The position numbers were made by a program, and so were the translations under genes. Positions 1 through 13,078 of a stretch of 64,000 bases of DNA are shown here, piece by piece (positions within the stretch are counted from its first letter, which is position 1; every line of letters begins with the position of its first letter). The notes under the pieces are model-generated. The model was not told the DNA's origin. It made no database searches and saw only the letters and a program-made list of their open reading frames with translations. This DNA is from Callorhinchus milii (taxonomy: Eukaryota). Location of the stretch: positions 44,704,001-44,768,000 of the forward strand of contig NW_024704743.1 in the NCBI RefSeq assembly GCF_018977255.1. Direction: 5' to 3'.

Positions 1-449
1 TATTAAAGTTCCAAGTTGCCACCATATGGCTAAGAAACTTTTGTAAGAGAAATGAAAAGCAGCTGAAATGTATATTGCATTAATTTTCTGAAGAGGTTTT
101 GCTTCTAAATGAGGAAATCTAAAGCTCATTGATAATATTATTAATAACAATCCTTACCGCCTTACCTTTGATATAGTGCTTTCCACATCAAGGAGGATGG
201 ATTGAAATAGTTCAAGATATACAAGATATACTGTGAAATGTCATGACTGTATAGTTACTAGGCAAATGCAGCAGCTAATTTGCACACAGGTCTGCCCAAC
301 CAACAATCATGAAGTGAGTAACCAATTTTATTTGGGAGATTGTTGGCTTGGACACCTGATAAACGTCCCTTCTCTAACAGATTCTAAATATTTTATGGGG
401 AAAGGATGTGGTTTGAAAAATAGCAGAACAATGACATGCAGCTCTGCTA

Positions 450-1906
450 TTAATTTTCTTTACATATCCTGCCTTTGATGAGTTTGATAGCATTACATAT
501 ACTCACTTTGGTAATGCAGTACAGATCAATAAGCTCGAGTTGGAGGTCAATTAGGGCTTTGTCAATATCAAATGAGAAAGTTGAAGAGACCAAAGACAGG
601 TCATTTTCGATCAAATTGAAATTCTGGAATTGGCGAGAAAATTCGGCATGTAAGTCAAGTAGTGACGAAATATACTTTTTAAGGATTTGATCGCAAACAG
701 TAATCTGCTGCAAAGATGGAAAGTGGGTGAACTGCCTGTTTCCTATCTGACACGATAAAATAAATAATTTTGTCATAAATGACTTGACACTGTAAAACAA
801 ATTGTACACAAAGGCCCCCTTCCATTGCAGTTTTGAATTCAGTTCATTCATGTGGCCCATGATATCAACGGCAAATGCGAAACCAGAGAGACAATTCGCA
901 TCATTCAGCTGTGGGAAATCTGAATCTTTTTGTTTCATGTTCAAAAATAAATCAATCTCTGCTCTCAGTTCCCACACTCTTTTCAAGACCTTTCCTAAAC
1001 TAAGCCAATCTTACATTCATGCAATACAGAACATCCGTGTGCTCGGATTCCAATTCCTGAAGCAGAGTTACAAATTACCTGTGGTTTAATCCCTTTGCTC
1101 AAATGTAATTGACCACTTTCATAACTGTGTCCACGACATTGCTTAGTTTTAGAACACTCTTGCAGAGGACTTCTTGGTGGACAATGTAGTGTAGAAAAAC
1201 AATATTCTGTTCTGGATTTGTTTGAGTTCAAAATGTTTGTGATACCTTGAATAAAAATTATCAACTGGATTGTTGCAGTGCTACAGTGGAGTCCTGTAGC
1301 TCAGTGGTTAGAGCACTCGCTTTGCAAGCGAGAGACCTGAGTTCAATTCCAGGCAGGGCGAAACCTTGGGCAAGTTCCTTACTCCACACAGAGCCTAATA
1401 ATAATCCCTCCAAAACCCAAAACAATAATAAATTGGTCATTTTCAATCTACGACTGTTTGTGGGACATTGCTGTGTACAATTGGCTGCCGCGTTTGCCCA
1501 CAAACAGTCAATTCACTTTACAGTGTGTTCTGTGAAGCGCTTTGGGACGTCCTCCCGATGCGAAAAGCGCTATATCAAATGCAAGGATTATTATTATTAT
1601 TATTGTGTCTTTGACATCACAACTCTCATCCAGTGCCAGTGAAAAACACGCAAAATTGTTTACTTTATTTCTTAACCGCAGATACAGCTTTCTTCCTTTT
1701 TCTTCGGCAGAAACGTTCTTATATTTGCAAGCATGTTCGCTCTCAAAATGGCAATTCAAGTTGTAGTCATTGAGCACTGCCTCACTTTCTTTGCAAATTA
1801 AGCACACAGCTTTTCCACCCACACTGGTAAAAAAAAATTTAGAAGTCCATTCTTTGTTGAATATTCGGTCTTCAGCGTCCACTTTCTGCTTCTTTGATAA
1901 ACTCAT
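450..1906 (-). pseudogene. hAT transposase pseudogene (frameshifts, deletion, SINE insertion)
   Basis: ORF-track segments 1508-1906, 995-1264 and 450-986 are colinear transposase fragments in different frames. Confidence 0.85.
1288..1604 (+). mobile_element. tRNA(Ala-like)-headed SINE, family A, short form
   Basis: A-box TAGCTCAGTGG, anticodon-like TTGCAA, B-box AGTTCAATTCC, body CCTTGGGCAAGTT.., L2-type hairpin tail and (TTA)n. Confidence 0.92.
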
Positions 1907-2329
1907 TTTGAATTAACGTCATCTTCAGTGAAAAGTATTGCCGCGGTTGCCACGTGTGCATGTTTGAAAATTTGCCAATCTGTACATTTCTAACGTCAGC
2001 CTGATTCAATACTTAAGGGGGCATGCGGACAACTAAACAGTGTGATTGGCTGGTGTTCCTGGTCAGATTCAAATGTGAAATTTGTGGAGAAAAAAACTAA
2101 CGACTTTAGCAATTAAATATCGATGCTGTGTCTAAAGTAAGAAACGTAAGGGACGCATTTAAAACTGATTCTTTCTGGGACTCAACGAACTACAATTTTT
2201 ACTATTGCTAGACACAATGACAGGCTGGATAGAATCTTTTGGCCGTATTTTGCCCACCCCTGGTCCAGATTCATTTTACAATCTCCTGTTTTCTGTTTAG
2301 ATTTAGCCCTGCTGATAAGATAGTGATGG

Positions 2330-3297
2330 CTGTATCTCACATTGGACTAAGACCTGGACCTCCAGAATATTAGGATGACTGGTAAGTTGCCCTGGTTAGT
2401 TCCTTCCACCATGCTGAAGGCACAGGTCATCAAATAGCTAATGAGGAAACTCTGACGTTTGGGACAACAGCTGCCAGAAGGCATTCTCTGGAGTTTGGGT
2501 TCATGAACACACACACTCATATATCCAGGGCTTGGTATCCACTTTGACTGTTGCTCAAGCTCCACACTTCCAATTGGTGGAACCACTGTTCAATGGGCTG
2601 AGATGTGTATCTGGTTGTGAGCAGGATGTTGCTGGTAATGCTTTAACGCATTCATTACTGAGTTGGGTTGCTCTTCATATGGTTTGCAAGGAGTTCTGAG
2701 TACCTGCTATCCACTGAGGAGGGCTCAAACCTGTGCTTGTCAGATGTCTAATGACACACAAGTGATTATCCTTGGTGGGAGCTAAAGTGGATTTCTTTGA
2801 TGTGAAATGCCTGACAAGGGAAAATCAGAACTGAGTTGATCCGCTACAGTAGTGCAGCATTATCAGTAGTTATACACCTGAACCAGGCAAGTCCGCAGTA
2901 CTCCACGGCACTGTTGATAATGGACCAGCCAACCTAGCTAGGTAAAGAGACTTGGAGGAGCAGACCTCATTGGAGGTCAGAGTTGTTTATGTTAAGCTCC
3001 TATTAACTCTGCAAGCCAAAACTCTAATGGTAAAGTGGTCAGAGCAGGACAAGTAGCAGGAAGCTTCCCAGTGTTTCCGAATTCAGCTGGTTAAATTCCA
3101 GTGCAACCTCAGAAATCCCTAAACTTTAGCTCTTGCTGGGATTAGGTAATCAGGGTGTGTCCCTCTCGGTGTAGCATGCACACTCCATTGTCAGTCAAAT
3201 GGAAATTATACATGTCTAGAATTCTCAGTAATTTGGATTGGAGATTCTTAACCATGGATTTCTCTCTGTCTCAGATTCCCATCTGACTACTAATAAA
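2330..3297 (+). mobile_element. Family X unclassified non-coding retroposon, longest and most diverged copy (5' boundary uncertain)
   Basis: 2780-3290 aligns by eye with the other copies: GTCCGCAGTAC..GGCACTGTTGATA, GCAAGCCAAAACTCTAA, ATTAGGTAATCAGGGTGTGTCCCTC, 3' CTCAGATTCCCATCTGAC. Confidence 0.6.
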
Positions 3298-4529
3298 GAC
3301 AGTATCTCATCATTTTTAAATGTTTTTGATAGGAAACATGGATCTGAATACATTTTTTATTTAACATTCCAGTTTAAAAAGTAGTTTAACAAGATTGCAC
3401 AAGCAAATGTTTATGTACTGCCTTCTGCGTAGGAAAAGTATCATGTATTTAAAAATATACATCTCATGTGTTTTGAGTAATCCTGCATATTTAATTTATT
3501 AAAATATGAACCTGTGGGAGAATTTGGTTTCAAATAATTGAATTGGTCATTGCATAATTGAATACAGTTTGTACTGATTTTCAAGAAAATACTGTACTTT
3601 TGTTAAACATGACTTCACCTTAGATGCCTTTTTGTTGCCTCTGAATAATGAATGAATATGGCCACAGTTATGAACCAGCAATCTTGTCTCCATGGGGATT
3701 TATACATGCATCTAAAGGAAGGATTGACTCAGTACCAAGGTTCCATGCCATTCATATCCTATTCCAACACACTTTGAAGGAAGAAAATTATTTTATATGG
3801 CCCTTGTCTAAATGATTTTTATCTTTGTCCTTGTCACGTTGAGCTAATCTATGAATGTCCTAACAACAATGTTAGTTGTCTGGTCAATTAATCAGATTTC
3901 TTTGAGATAAAATTTGAAGTGCAGTGACTGTTGTTAGTTACATGGGGAAATGTAACAACTGATCCGTTGAAGTGGCATGTTGGTGCCTGATAATCAGTCC
4001 TACCACCTCTACGATTTCTTGGGTCCCTAGCTGCCTTTTTCTCTGATTTTAGTGCAAGAAAAAGAAATACTTTACTCTGAAAGTGGATCATGTCAATTAT
4101 TTACTTATCTTTTTCCGCTTGACTTTTGATTGCAGTTTCTCTCTGGTTTCTTTTGGTCCCCATTTCCCAGAACCAGGAAATAGTTTGTGGCCATGAACCA
4201 ACTTTCCAGCAATGCCGTACTTCCCCAGCACTACATTTGGGTGTCAACAACAAGTTGTATTTATATAGTGTCCTTCATGCGGGGTAGCGTCCTGGAGCGT
4301 TTAGATTCTCAGTTTAGATTGTGAGCTCAAAATTGTGAGCTCAAAATCCCATTGCAGTACTGAAAAAATTGCAACATTACAGTAATACAAGCTATTTGAT
4401 TATTAAGATCACTTTATCACTGTAACATTAACCCTAACCCACCAAAATCAAAAAATAAATAAAAGAAAATTTTTTCTTCTCTCTTTAAATTTTTTTCCCA
4501 TCTTGGCATATCTTTGTGTTCTTTCTACA

Positions 4530-4955
4530 GTGTCAGTCAGGCTCGGTTGGTAGCACTGTTATCTTTGGATCAGAAAATTTGAGTTCAAGCCCCATGTTGA
4601 GACACTGAGCTTATCGTCTAAGCTGAGACTCCATTGCAGTGCTGGGGAGAGCTGCAGTATCAGAGGTGCCATTCCTTGGATGCAACTTTACACCAAGGTT
4701 CTATCTGCTTGTTCAGATAGATGTTGAGATCCCATGGTGCTATTCAAATAGAGAAGGGAGTTTCTCCTGGTGCCCTGACCAACAATCTTCCTGATAACAT
4801 TGGTCATGCACTTCTTGGCTGTGAGACATTGTGTGCGTGTAAATTGGCCCTCACTTGTTTACCCACAAATATACAATCATTACATTTCACAAAAAGTTTG
4901 TGAATCACTTTGAGATGTTCTTGGAGCTATAGGTATAATACCAAATGCAAGTATT
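4530..4955 (+). mobile_element. tRNA-headed Deu-domain SINE (family B)
   Basis: Head GTGTCAGTCAGGCTCGGTTGGTAGCAC..GTTCAAGCCCC; Deu-like core GAGGTGCC..GATCCCATGG..GGGAGTTTCTCCTGGTG; L2-type tail. Confidence 0.85.
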
Positions 4956-5269
4956 TTAATATTCTAACGTTTCTCTCTTTTGATATTTAAAACAACAACA
5001 ACTTGCATTTATATAATGCCCTTCACGCGGTGTAGTGTCTCGGAGCACTTAAAATCTTTTATTAATGGGGGGAGGGAGGAAGATTCTGAATCCCACCAGT
5101 CATTTTAAACAGTTGCAGCAATTATCTGAAATGTTTATTTTAATGATAAAACAGCTGTCTTTTTAGACTTGCTTTATTACCAATCAAAATCCAAACATTC
5201 AGGATTGATCATGGATTTTTATGCCTAAAACAAGAATTAGAGGTTTCTAAAGTGTGAACTCATTGGCGA

Positions 5270-5490
5270 CTCTTGAGATCCAGAAATGAGCTTGTCATTG
5301 GGAATCTATGGGTTCATTATTGGATGTTACAAAATTATATTAGGTTCCAGTCTGTGTTTTGTTTACTTGGAAGGGCAGACCAGTCACTGGGGGCATGGAA
5401 TCATCCCACTCAGCTCTTAACCCTGCAAGCCAAAGTCCTAACAAGTAGGGTGGTCCTAGCTGGATAAGCAGTGGGAAAGCTTGCCACACA
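5270..5490 (+). mobile_element. Family X internal fragment
   Basis: GGAAGGGCAGACCAGTCACTGG..ATCATCCCACTCAGCTC..GCCAAAGTCCTAACAAGTAGGGTGGTCCTAGCTGG matches the reverse complement of 40385-40505. Confidence 0.8.
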
Positions 5491-6665
5491 GCGATTTGGT
5501 TCACTTTTTAAAAACAGCCATATTACCCAGGATGAAAACATTTTCCAATTTTTCAGTGGTAATTTTGTAAACTGATCAAAATGAGGGAAAGGGCTGGGAA
5601 TTGAACCTTTTTCTGCTGGCAACATCAGGCTCTCTCAGTTTAGTCATAGCACAGCCAAAGACAGCATAAAACAGCCTCCACTCCCAGCAGCAAGCATCAA
5701 TCCCAACATTTGTTGCTTTTACAGTTTCTTTCCTCTGGGACCCTCGAGGGACTAACAATGGACTTTTCTGGTATTGTAGATTCCTATCTTTATGTGTGAA
5801 AACACAACAACACCCTCTATTCAACCAGCAAGATTTGCTCTGTTTCTCACAATAACTATCCTTGTGGCTTCTATGAATGAGATTGTCAATTTATCTCAGT
5901 GGTTCCACACTGCGTAAGTGCTGATTTGAAGTTATCCAAACTCATTTTACATAAAGACTGTACAGTCAGTATGAAGAGAAAAGATCGATTAGTAGGCTTG
6001 GATTAAATTACAAGATCCTTAAGTCATTTCTGTACCATTCAGTTTACATATTCTTCATTTTCTTGCTCAAAGACTTACTGGAAGTTCACTCGCCTCCTCC
6101 TTCATCATTTTCAAAACCCGCCAAAAACTTCGGTCATCTTATCCCTCCCAGTTTATTCCTCCTCCAAGAAAAGATGCTTTGCCCTCAAATCAAAAAACAT
6201 CCTTATCCAAAGATCTGACAAAATTCATTAGATGTGTGGTGGATAGACTAGTGTTGGCAGCACTGGTGATCAGTGTGTGACCATGAAGTGTCTTATTCGA
6301 GCTTCACCATGTTCATTTTAATTTTTCCAAATTAAACTAATGTTCTGATAGACAGTAATTGACAGGAGATAGAATCAACCAGGGCTGAACTGCAGGCTCT
6401 TAGGAACAGACGATGATAATTAAAATTAATTTCTAAAGTAAATTATTCCTCCTTTTTTTNAATTGTGTTTGGTTGTGATCTCCCTGCATTATGCACCGTT
6501 TGTTGTTTGAGAGGACACACAATTAATCTGCTCAACTGGTCTCCACCAAAAGTGCTTTTGAGCCAGTTACGACAAAGGCTCTGAGACTGCCACTGGGTGG
6601 CTTGCTGTCCAAGTCTTCCTTGCTTCTTGTTGTGCCTGTGACAGCTTCTTCTTGGGATCTTCTCT

Positions 6666-7033
6666 GGAGTCCTGTAGCTCAGTGGTTGGAACACTCTCCT
6701 TGCAAGCAAGAGACCTGGGTTTGATTCCTGGTAGGGCAAAATCTTGGGCAAGTTTCCTTACTCCACACTTCTCTGTTTACCTAGCAGTAAGTAGGAAACC
6801 GTTTGTTAGTCAATTGGCGGATCACTTTTCCGGGTGTAATTATTCCTTCAAAAAAAATAAGTTGGCCATTTCAATCAATGACTGTTTGTGGGACACTGCT
6901 GTGCGCAATTGGCTGCTGCGTTGCGTCCATAAAATATACAGTCAATTCACTTTACAGTATATTCTTTGAAGCGCTTTGAGACATCTTGAAGAAGTGATAA
7001 GGTGCTATATCAAATGCAAGGATTATTCTTATT
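6666..7033 (+). mobile_element. SINE family A, long form
   Basis: Same head as 1288, plus internal TGTTTACCTAGCAGTAAGTAGGAA..GGCGGATCAC segment and the shared tail. Confidence 0.9.
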
Positions 7034-7994
7034 ATAACAAGAAAAGATAATAATTATAACAACTTGTCTGAGGTTAGATGAAAATCTGGCCTGGAGCACC
7101 AATGCTGCCATCAAACTAATGGGACAAAGTTCATTTTTTAATGTTTTTTTCAGTTCCTTTTTACTTTGCCATAAACAACTCTCACACCCCTCTGGGAACT
7201 GAACTCCATAATGTCAGATCATCACCATCGTTTTTTGACAAATACATGCAGTCTGCTATTTCTAAGCCTTATGATGCTCTTAGCCTACAAACATGAAGGG
7301 CTTTGAAATGTCCTCCTGCCACAAAGGACGCTATATAAATGTAAATTGCATTATATTTGAGATGTTTTGATGATGTGATAAGGCATTGTATTAAAAGCAA
7401 GGATTCTTATTATTTATAGAGTTCATCTGCTGAGGAAAGCTGAAAGATATTGGTGCTCTCCCCAAACAGAAATTAATTTGTTACCAATTTTTGGGGTGGG
7501 GGAGGCCTGGACTCAAGGCAAGCAAGAAGTTGTGCTTAGCAACTTGATTTATTACTCCAGACACCCAATTATTCTTATAGACTGCTTTACTACTATTTCA
7601 ATCACTCTACCTAATATTCTGTGAAATGCATTGAGATGTCTCGAAGACGTGATAAGGCGCTGATTATTATTATTATTACAAGACCTAGGCAAATGTGGCT
7701 CAAAGTAAGGGGAGAAAATACCATTAAGAATTTGAATTCCAAAATATTTATACATTAATAGTTGGGGATAGGTTTACAAATATTCCATTTCAACCCCCTC
7801 CCCCATTCCATTTCAACTCCCCCCCCCATCTCTCCCCCATATCAACTATTCAACCATCTTTTATCCTTTTAGAATCTTCTGATCAAATTCCAAAAGTTTG
7901 GATAGAGAATCTAGACAGGAAATTGTTGAATAACAATGGATGGAAAGGGGGAGAAACATCTGAAGGTGGGAGGTGCAGCTGACGTTCATGCTAG

Positions 7995-8410
7995 GTGTGA
8001 GCCTGGCTCAGTTGCACTCTCGTCTCTGACTCAGAAGGCTGATGGTTCACGCCCGACATTAGGACTTTGAATTCACAGTCTAAGGTGTTGGAGATGCTCT
8101 CCTTTGGATTAGATACTAAATTGAGGTTGTGTCTGCCAGTTCAGGTGGTTGTTAAAGATCCCATGGCACTATTTGAAAAGAGAAGGGGATGTCTCCTGGT
8201 GTGCTGACCAGCAATGCCCCAAAATAAAAATGGTCACCCACTTCATGGCTGTTTGTGGGATCTTGCTGTATTCAAATTGGCTTCCTCATTTGCTGACAAT
8301 TGTTACACGTCACAGTGAAATCTTGTGAAGCGCTTTGAGATTTTGAGGTGATGTGTTAAGACACTATATCAAATGCAAGGATTATTATTAGTATTCTTCT
8401 TATTATTATT
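7995..8410 (+). mobile_element. Deu-domain SINE (family B)
   Basis: Head, TTCAGGTGGTTGTTAAAGATCCCATGGCACTATTTGAA core and (TTA)n tail. Confidence 0.85.
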
Positions 8411-8844
8411 ATTTCCTACCTCCTCTTCTCCCTGGCTTTGTACTAGGAGAAATGAAGAAAGAGATTTGTGGCAGCTGGGTGCACTGTGTGGCTCCAAACG
8501 TTAGTTGTAATTTCAGGCTGTGTGTGTTTTTTTGTGTGCCAAATTGAGAGCTCAAATGGATGTTGCCAGGATTTCTAGAATTATAATGAAAAGTACAGAT
8601 AAAGACTACACAGCAGTCTCTCTAAAGCAAATGACAGATATTAACTTTTTGCTTACAATTCCTGTTAATTGTAAGCTGTGAAAGTAAAAGTTGCCCCCAA
8701 ACGAACAGTTATTGTTGTATATTGTATCTCCGTTATTGTTAAGTGCTCTGAAACACCCCCCGGCACGGAGGGTGCTATATAAATGCAAGTTGTTGTTATT
8801 ATTGTTATATTCCTTTGTCTCATTGTTAATGTATAAGTAAATAA

Positions 8845-9135
8845 ATGCCAATCTTTGCATTTGATGTAGCGCCTTATTACTTATTTGAGATGTCTTAAAG
8901 CTCTTCACATGATATACTGTAAAGTGGTTTTGACTGTATATTTTGTGAGCAAAATGTGGCAGCCAGTTTGCACCCAGCAATGTCCCACAAACAGCCATAA
9001 AGTGAATCACCAATTTGGCTTTTGGGCGATTGTTGGCCAGGATACTGGAGAAAACTCCCTTCTCTTTTTGAATAAGGCTGTGGTATCTTTAATGTCCACC
9101 TGAACAGACAGATGGGACCTCGGTTTAATGTTTCA
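8845..9135 (-). mobile_element. Deu-domain SINE, 5'-truncated
   Basis: Reverse-complement core ATCTTTAATGTCCACCTGAACAGACAGATGGGACCTCGGTTTAATG and tail. Confidence 0.8.
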
Positions 9136-10829
9136 ATTAATTTTTAATTCAACTATTCACCAATCCCTTTACTTTTAGCCTCTTGTATCTAAGTCTCACT
9201 ATAAATTACTTTGAGACATTAGGACATAATAAATCAAATGTGAGTATTATTATTAATAATAATAAGGCTTAAGATGCCTTGAGGTAGCAATAAGGAAATG
9301 TATAGCCGTAATAACTGTTAGAATGGAGGTAGGAAGAGCGATTATGATGGGCGGCGGCTCATGTGGAGTAAAAACAAACTATTTGTGCCAAATGGCCTGC
9401 TTTGGTACTGTAGAGTATATGTAATTCATGTTACTAATAAATAAAAATCCTTGCAATCCTTCTGGATTTCTTGACTGTATTCAATGTGTTGTTGGAGGCT
9501 ACCTTATGGTAGAATCTTAGAATGTTTACAGCCCCAAAGGAGGCCATTTGGCTGTTATGTTGTGCTAGTGATAGCACCCCTCCCTCCATCCAAGCTATCT
9601 GCTCTAATCCCATTCCTCAGATCTTTTGCCACATCTTTTAATAATATGTTTTGATCAATAATTACCCAGTTCCTTTTGAAATCCTGTTATGCATACAGCT
9701 TTATCAGCCATTGCTGGTGAGGTAGTCCTTATTTATGACAAATCCATCCCCTTTAGTGTTCTGGGACGCTAAGCTGGGTGAGGGGCATTATATAAATGCA
9801 AGTTGTTGTTTAGAATCACCCTAAATCTTTTCTCTCCTAATGCAAACACTCTCAGTGTCTGTATTCTCTTGAAAACTCAGGTCTCTAATCACATATATTA
9901 ATTTAGTCACCTATTATTGTAATCCTTGCATTTGAAACAGCGCCAATAAAAAACGCTCTGAGTGACTCATAGGTAATTGCCGTCAAGTGCAGTGATCATG
10001 CATTTGAAGATGAATAAAATAGCCAATTTATGCATAGCAAGCTCTGACAAACAGTGAAAGTGTTACCAGATGAGCCAAGCAGACATCATTGTACTGTTTT
10101 CCAATATTGAAATGTCCTATTGCAGTACAGACACTGGGTGATTTCAGAATACTCAAGGTTGTCTGGCTTTTGTTGCTGCAGATTCCATTGCAAACTTCTC
10201 GCTAGCTAGCTTTCCCCAATCTGCTCATTGTTTGCTCCAAACACTCATCATCTTGAGCCAGTCTCAGCATTTTATATTAATGTTCCATCTGCCACTTATC
10301 ATAGAATGATAGAGCGCATCAAACCTCCTCAGCCCAAAATTCAGTCCTTCAGTCCTCCTCAGTCCCAAATGAACTTGAACGAGGAGGCTAACTTATTGTG
10401 ATTATATTTTGTCTTCTTGTAACAGTTTAAAATGCCTAAAGCTTACACACTTTCATAAGACTTTAGAAAGTAATTCTTTCTTTAGATGAAAGTTTGTAAA
10501 TTCCAGGATTGCCAAACTAACACAATTGTTACAATTAGAGAAGTCACGATTCATAATGAATGGAAGATGTGAAAATATAAATCAACCGTAGCAGCACATC
10601 ATGCTATCAATCTCATTGTCAGTTTTGAACAGTTCACACTGTCAGCAAATTCATTGTTACTCACTTTAGATGTGAAGTATGACTATTGTGTTCCCTCCCT
10701 CCCCCACACATTTTAATCTTAAAATAAATATTTTTTGTATTTAATATGGTGCCCTATCATGACAAAACGTCTCAAAGAGTTTTCTGTGAGGTGTAGTGAC
10801 TGTGTATTTGTAAGTGCAAATACACAGAG

Positions 10830-12410
10830 CCTGATGCTGAGCTGCAGGAAGAGAGGAGGTGATTGTAAGCATGCTTGAAGAGGAAGGTCTCTGGAAGTGA
10901 TCTGAAAAAGTAGAAGGAAGGAAGCAAGGCGGAGGAATTGAGGGAGAGTTGCAAACATTTTCGGGCATAGTGGCTGAAAGATCAGCTGCTGATGGTGGAG
11001 AGGAGGGATGAGGAACACCCAGGAGGCCGAAGCCAGACGAGCGGAGGCATTGGTGGTGGAATGAGAAGAGATATGGATGCCAGGGCATGAAGGGATTTAT
11101 GATAGGGAGCCAGTAGAGTTTGGTGAGGACTGGTGTGATGAGGGTGTAGAGTTTAGAACAGGCAGGGGAATTTTAATTTAGTTGAATTTTATGGATAGTG
11201 GAGCAAGGGAGATAGCGAGGAGGGCATTGGAATAAAAGATGCAAGTGAAGAAGCTGTTTGGGCTGTATTGGGACATCAAGTCCTGGACGAGGGCCAACTT
11301 TCTCCAACTCAGCGTCAGCAAAACTGAAGCCCTACTGATTGGCTCATGCCAGCGCCTCCGCACCTCAGGCACTGGCAGCATCAGCCTCCATGGATGCACA
11401 CTCAACCTCACTAAGCCAGTCAGGAACCTGGGTATCTTGTTTAACCCTGAATTGTCCTTTCTCCCCCACATCCGCTCCATGACTGACACTGCCTACCACC
11501 ACCTTCACAACATTGCCACTCCGCCACTGCCTCACCCCTCAGGCTGCCGAAACCCTCACTCACGCATTCATCACATCAAGGCTCGATTACGGGAACTCCC
11601 TCCTCATTGGCCTTTCCAACTTTTCCCTTCACAAGCTGCAGATCATCCAAAACTCTGCAGCTCATGTATTCTCACGCACCAGGCTCCGTGACCCCATCAC
11701 TCCCACCCTCGCCCGACTCCACTGGTTCCCCATTCCCCAGAAGATTGAGTTCAAGATCCTCGTCCTCACCTTTAAGGCCATCCATGGCCTTGCCCCGTCC
11801 TACCTCTCTGACCTGTTGACTCCCTACCAACCTGCCCGCTCCCGCCGTTCAGCGGGCTCCGGCCTGCTCCAAGTCTCCCGCTTGACCTGCCCTACCATCG
11901 GTGGCCGGGCTTTCAGCCTCTCTGCCCCCACACTCTGGTACTCCATCCCACGGTCCCTTTGCCTCGCTTCCTCCCTTGCCTCCTTCAAGGCCGGTCTCAA
12001 GACCCTTCTCTTCGACCGTGAGTTTGGTCTCCTTCCCACCTCTCCGCCTTCCCTCACCCCTACACCACCCCTCCCCCATGCTCGGGCCCCAACACCTGAC
12101 ACACGCCTTGGGACGTGAAAGACGCTCTGTAAATGTAATTTTGTTGTTGTTGTGGGGTATAGTTGGAGGAGGACAATGTGACGGAGGTGGAAGAAAACAG
12201 TCCTGGTCAGGGTTGGGGTAGGAAGGACATCTGTGGATTGAACCCGATGCCTAAGTTGCTTGCATGTTTGTTAAGTCTTAGGGATAGGCCAGGGAAGTTG
12301 AGGAGATCAGAGCCGCAGGAGAGAAGATGTTGATGGGATCCAAGGAGCATGGCTGCCATCTTGTTGTCATCCAGCTGCAGGATGTTTGCGCTCATCCAGG
12401 ACTTGAAGCC
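10830..12410 (-). mobile_element. Old minus-strand L2 fragment split by a younger plus-strand L2
   Basis: 10830-11257 and 12152-12410 are consecutive purine-rich L2 ORF2 C-terminal/3' pieces (ORF MSANILQL..LLGSHQHL..LGIGFNPQMSFLP). Confidence 0.7.
11258..12151 (+). mobile_element. L2 LINE 3' fragment, same subfamily as 22446-25113
   Basis: ORFs [21 protein letters not shown] and HAFITSRLDYGNSLL..QNSAA..LHWFPI; hairpin tail and (TTG)n. Confidence 0.92.
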
Positions 12411-12490
12411 AATGCATGCAATGGTAGTTCCCCAGTGAATTGCACAAGAAAATCCTGATGTACGGAAGGTAGAAGTTATATCTATCCATA

Positions 12491-12491
<1 letters not shown>

Positions 12492-12546
<55 letters not shown>

Positions 12547-12598
12547 TTTATTTGTGTGTTTATTTATTTATTTTGTTTGTTTGTTTATTTGTTTGTTT
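12492..12598. repeat. (TTAC)n microsatellite grading into (TTTA/TTTG)n
   Basis: Direct reading. Confidence 0.95.
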
Positions 12599-13078
12599 AA
12601 CACACAAATAACTTCAATCAATGGCATCCTTGTGGGTGTGTGTGCTTGTGTATGTGTGGACACTTTGCACATTTGGATCCTCTCTGTGGTTTATTTTAAT
12701 TTGCTGCCCCAAACATTCGGTTTAAAAAGACGGAGCCAAAATTCTAAATTCAGAGCCAGAGTTCCAAGAACCTGACCATATTTTGCCAGATTTGTCCTGT
12801 TACTGACTTAGTGGTGAGTGGAGTTAGGACATTCCTGGTCTTTAAGGTGATTCTGGTCCTGACAAATTTTACACCATCCCTCTTCTCCCCCTCCCGCCCT
12901 CAAAAACAGTTGTGGTAGAATGGCTACATCACTGTGACAGGTCCAGATCTAGCACAAAATTGTGCCAATGTATTTTCATTTATATTTACTACTGAATACA
13001 GTGTGTGCTGTTGTCTGCATAGACCATTTTACACTGAAGCTGTGTATCTGTGAGCTCAAAATCTAATAGGAAGCAGAG

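Larger units (their letters stand above)
450..2262 (-). mobile_element. Decayed hAT (Buster/Charlie clade, SPIN/GTF2IRD2-like) DNA transposon, internally deleted and interrupted by a SINE
   Basis: Minus-strand ORF pieces MSLSKKQKVDAEDRIFNKEW..AVCLICKES..YNL..HFESEH (BED-like zinc finger), FSLALDESCDVKDT (first catalytic D) and RVWELRAEIDLFL..AFAVDIMGHMNELNSKLQ. 5' TIR CAGGGGTGGGCAAAATACGGCC ends at 2262, flanked by Charlie-type site GTCCAGAT. The other end was not found. Confidence 0.9.

Noticed and set aside
1288..1360. Apparent tRNA-Ala genes (also 6666, 33223, 44954, 63125)
   Set aside because: They run directly into SINE bodies, with no proper acceptor stem or Pol III terminator.
6460..6460. 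Single N bases (also 46881)
   Set aside because: Assembly ambiguity next to homopolymer runs.
11824..12221. Arg/Gly- and Pro-rich ORFs over L2 copies (also 17236-17766, 19716-20270, 24276-25043)
   Set aside because: Antisense or alternate-frame readings of C-rich L2 sequence.
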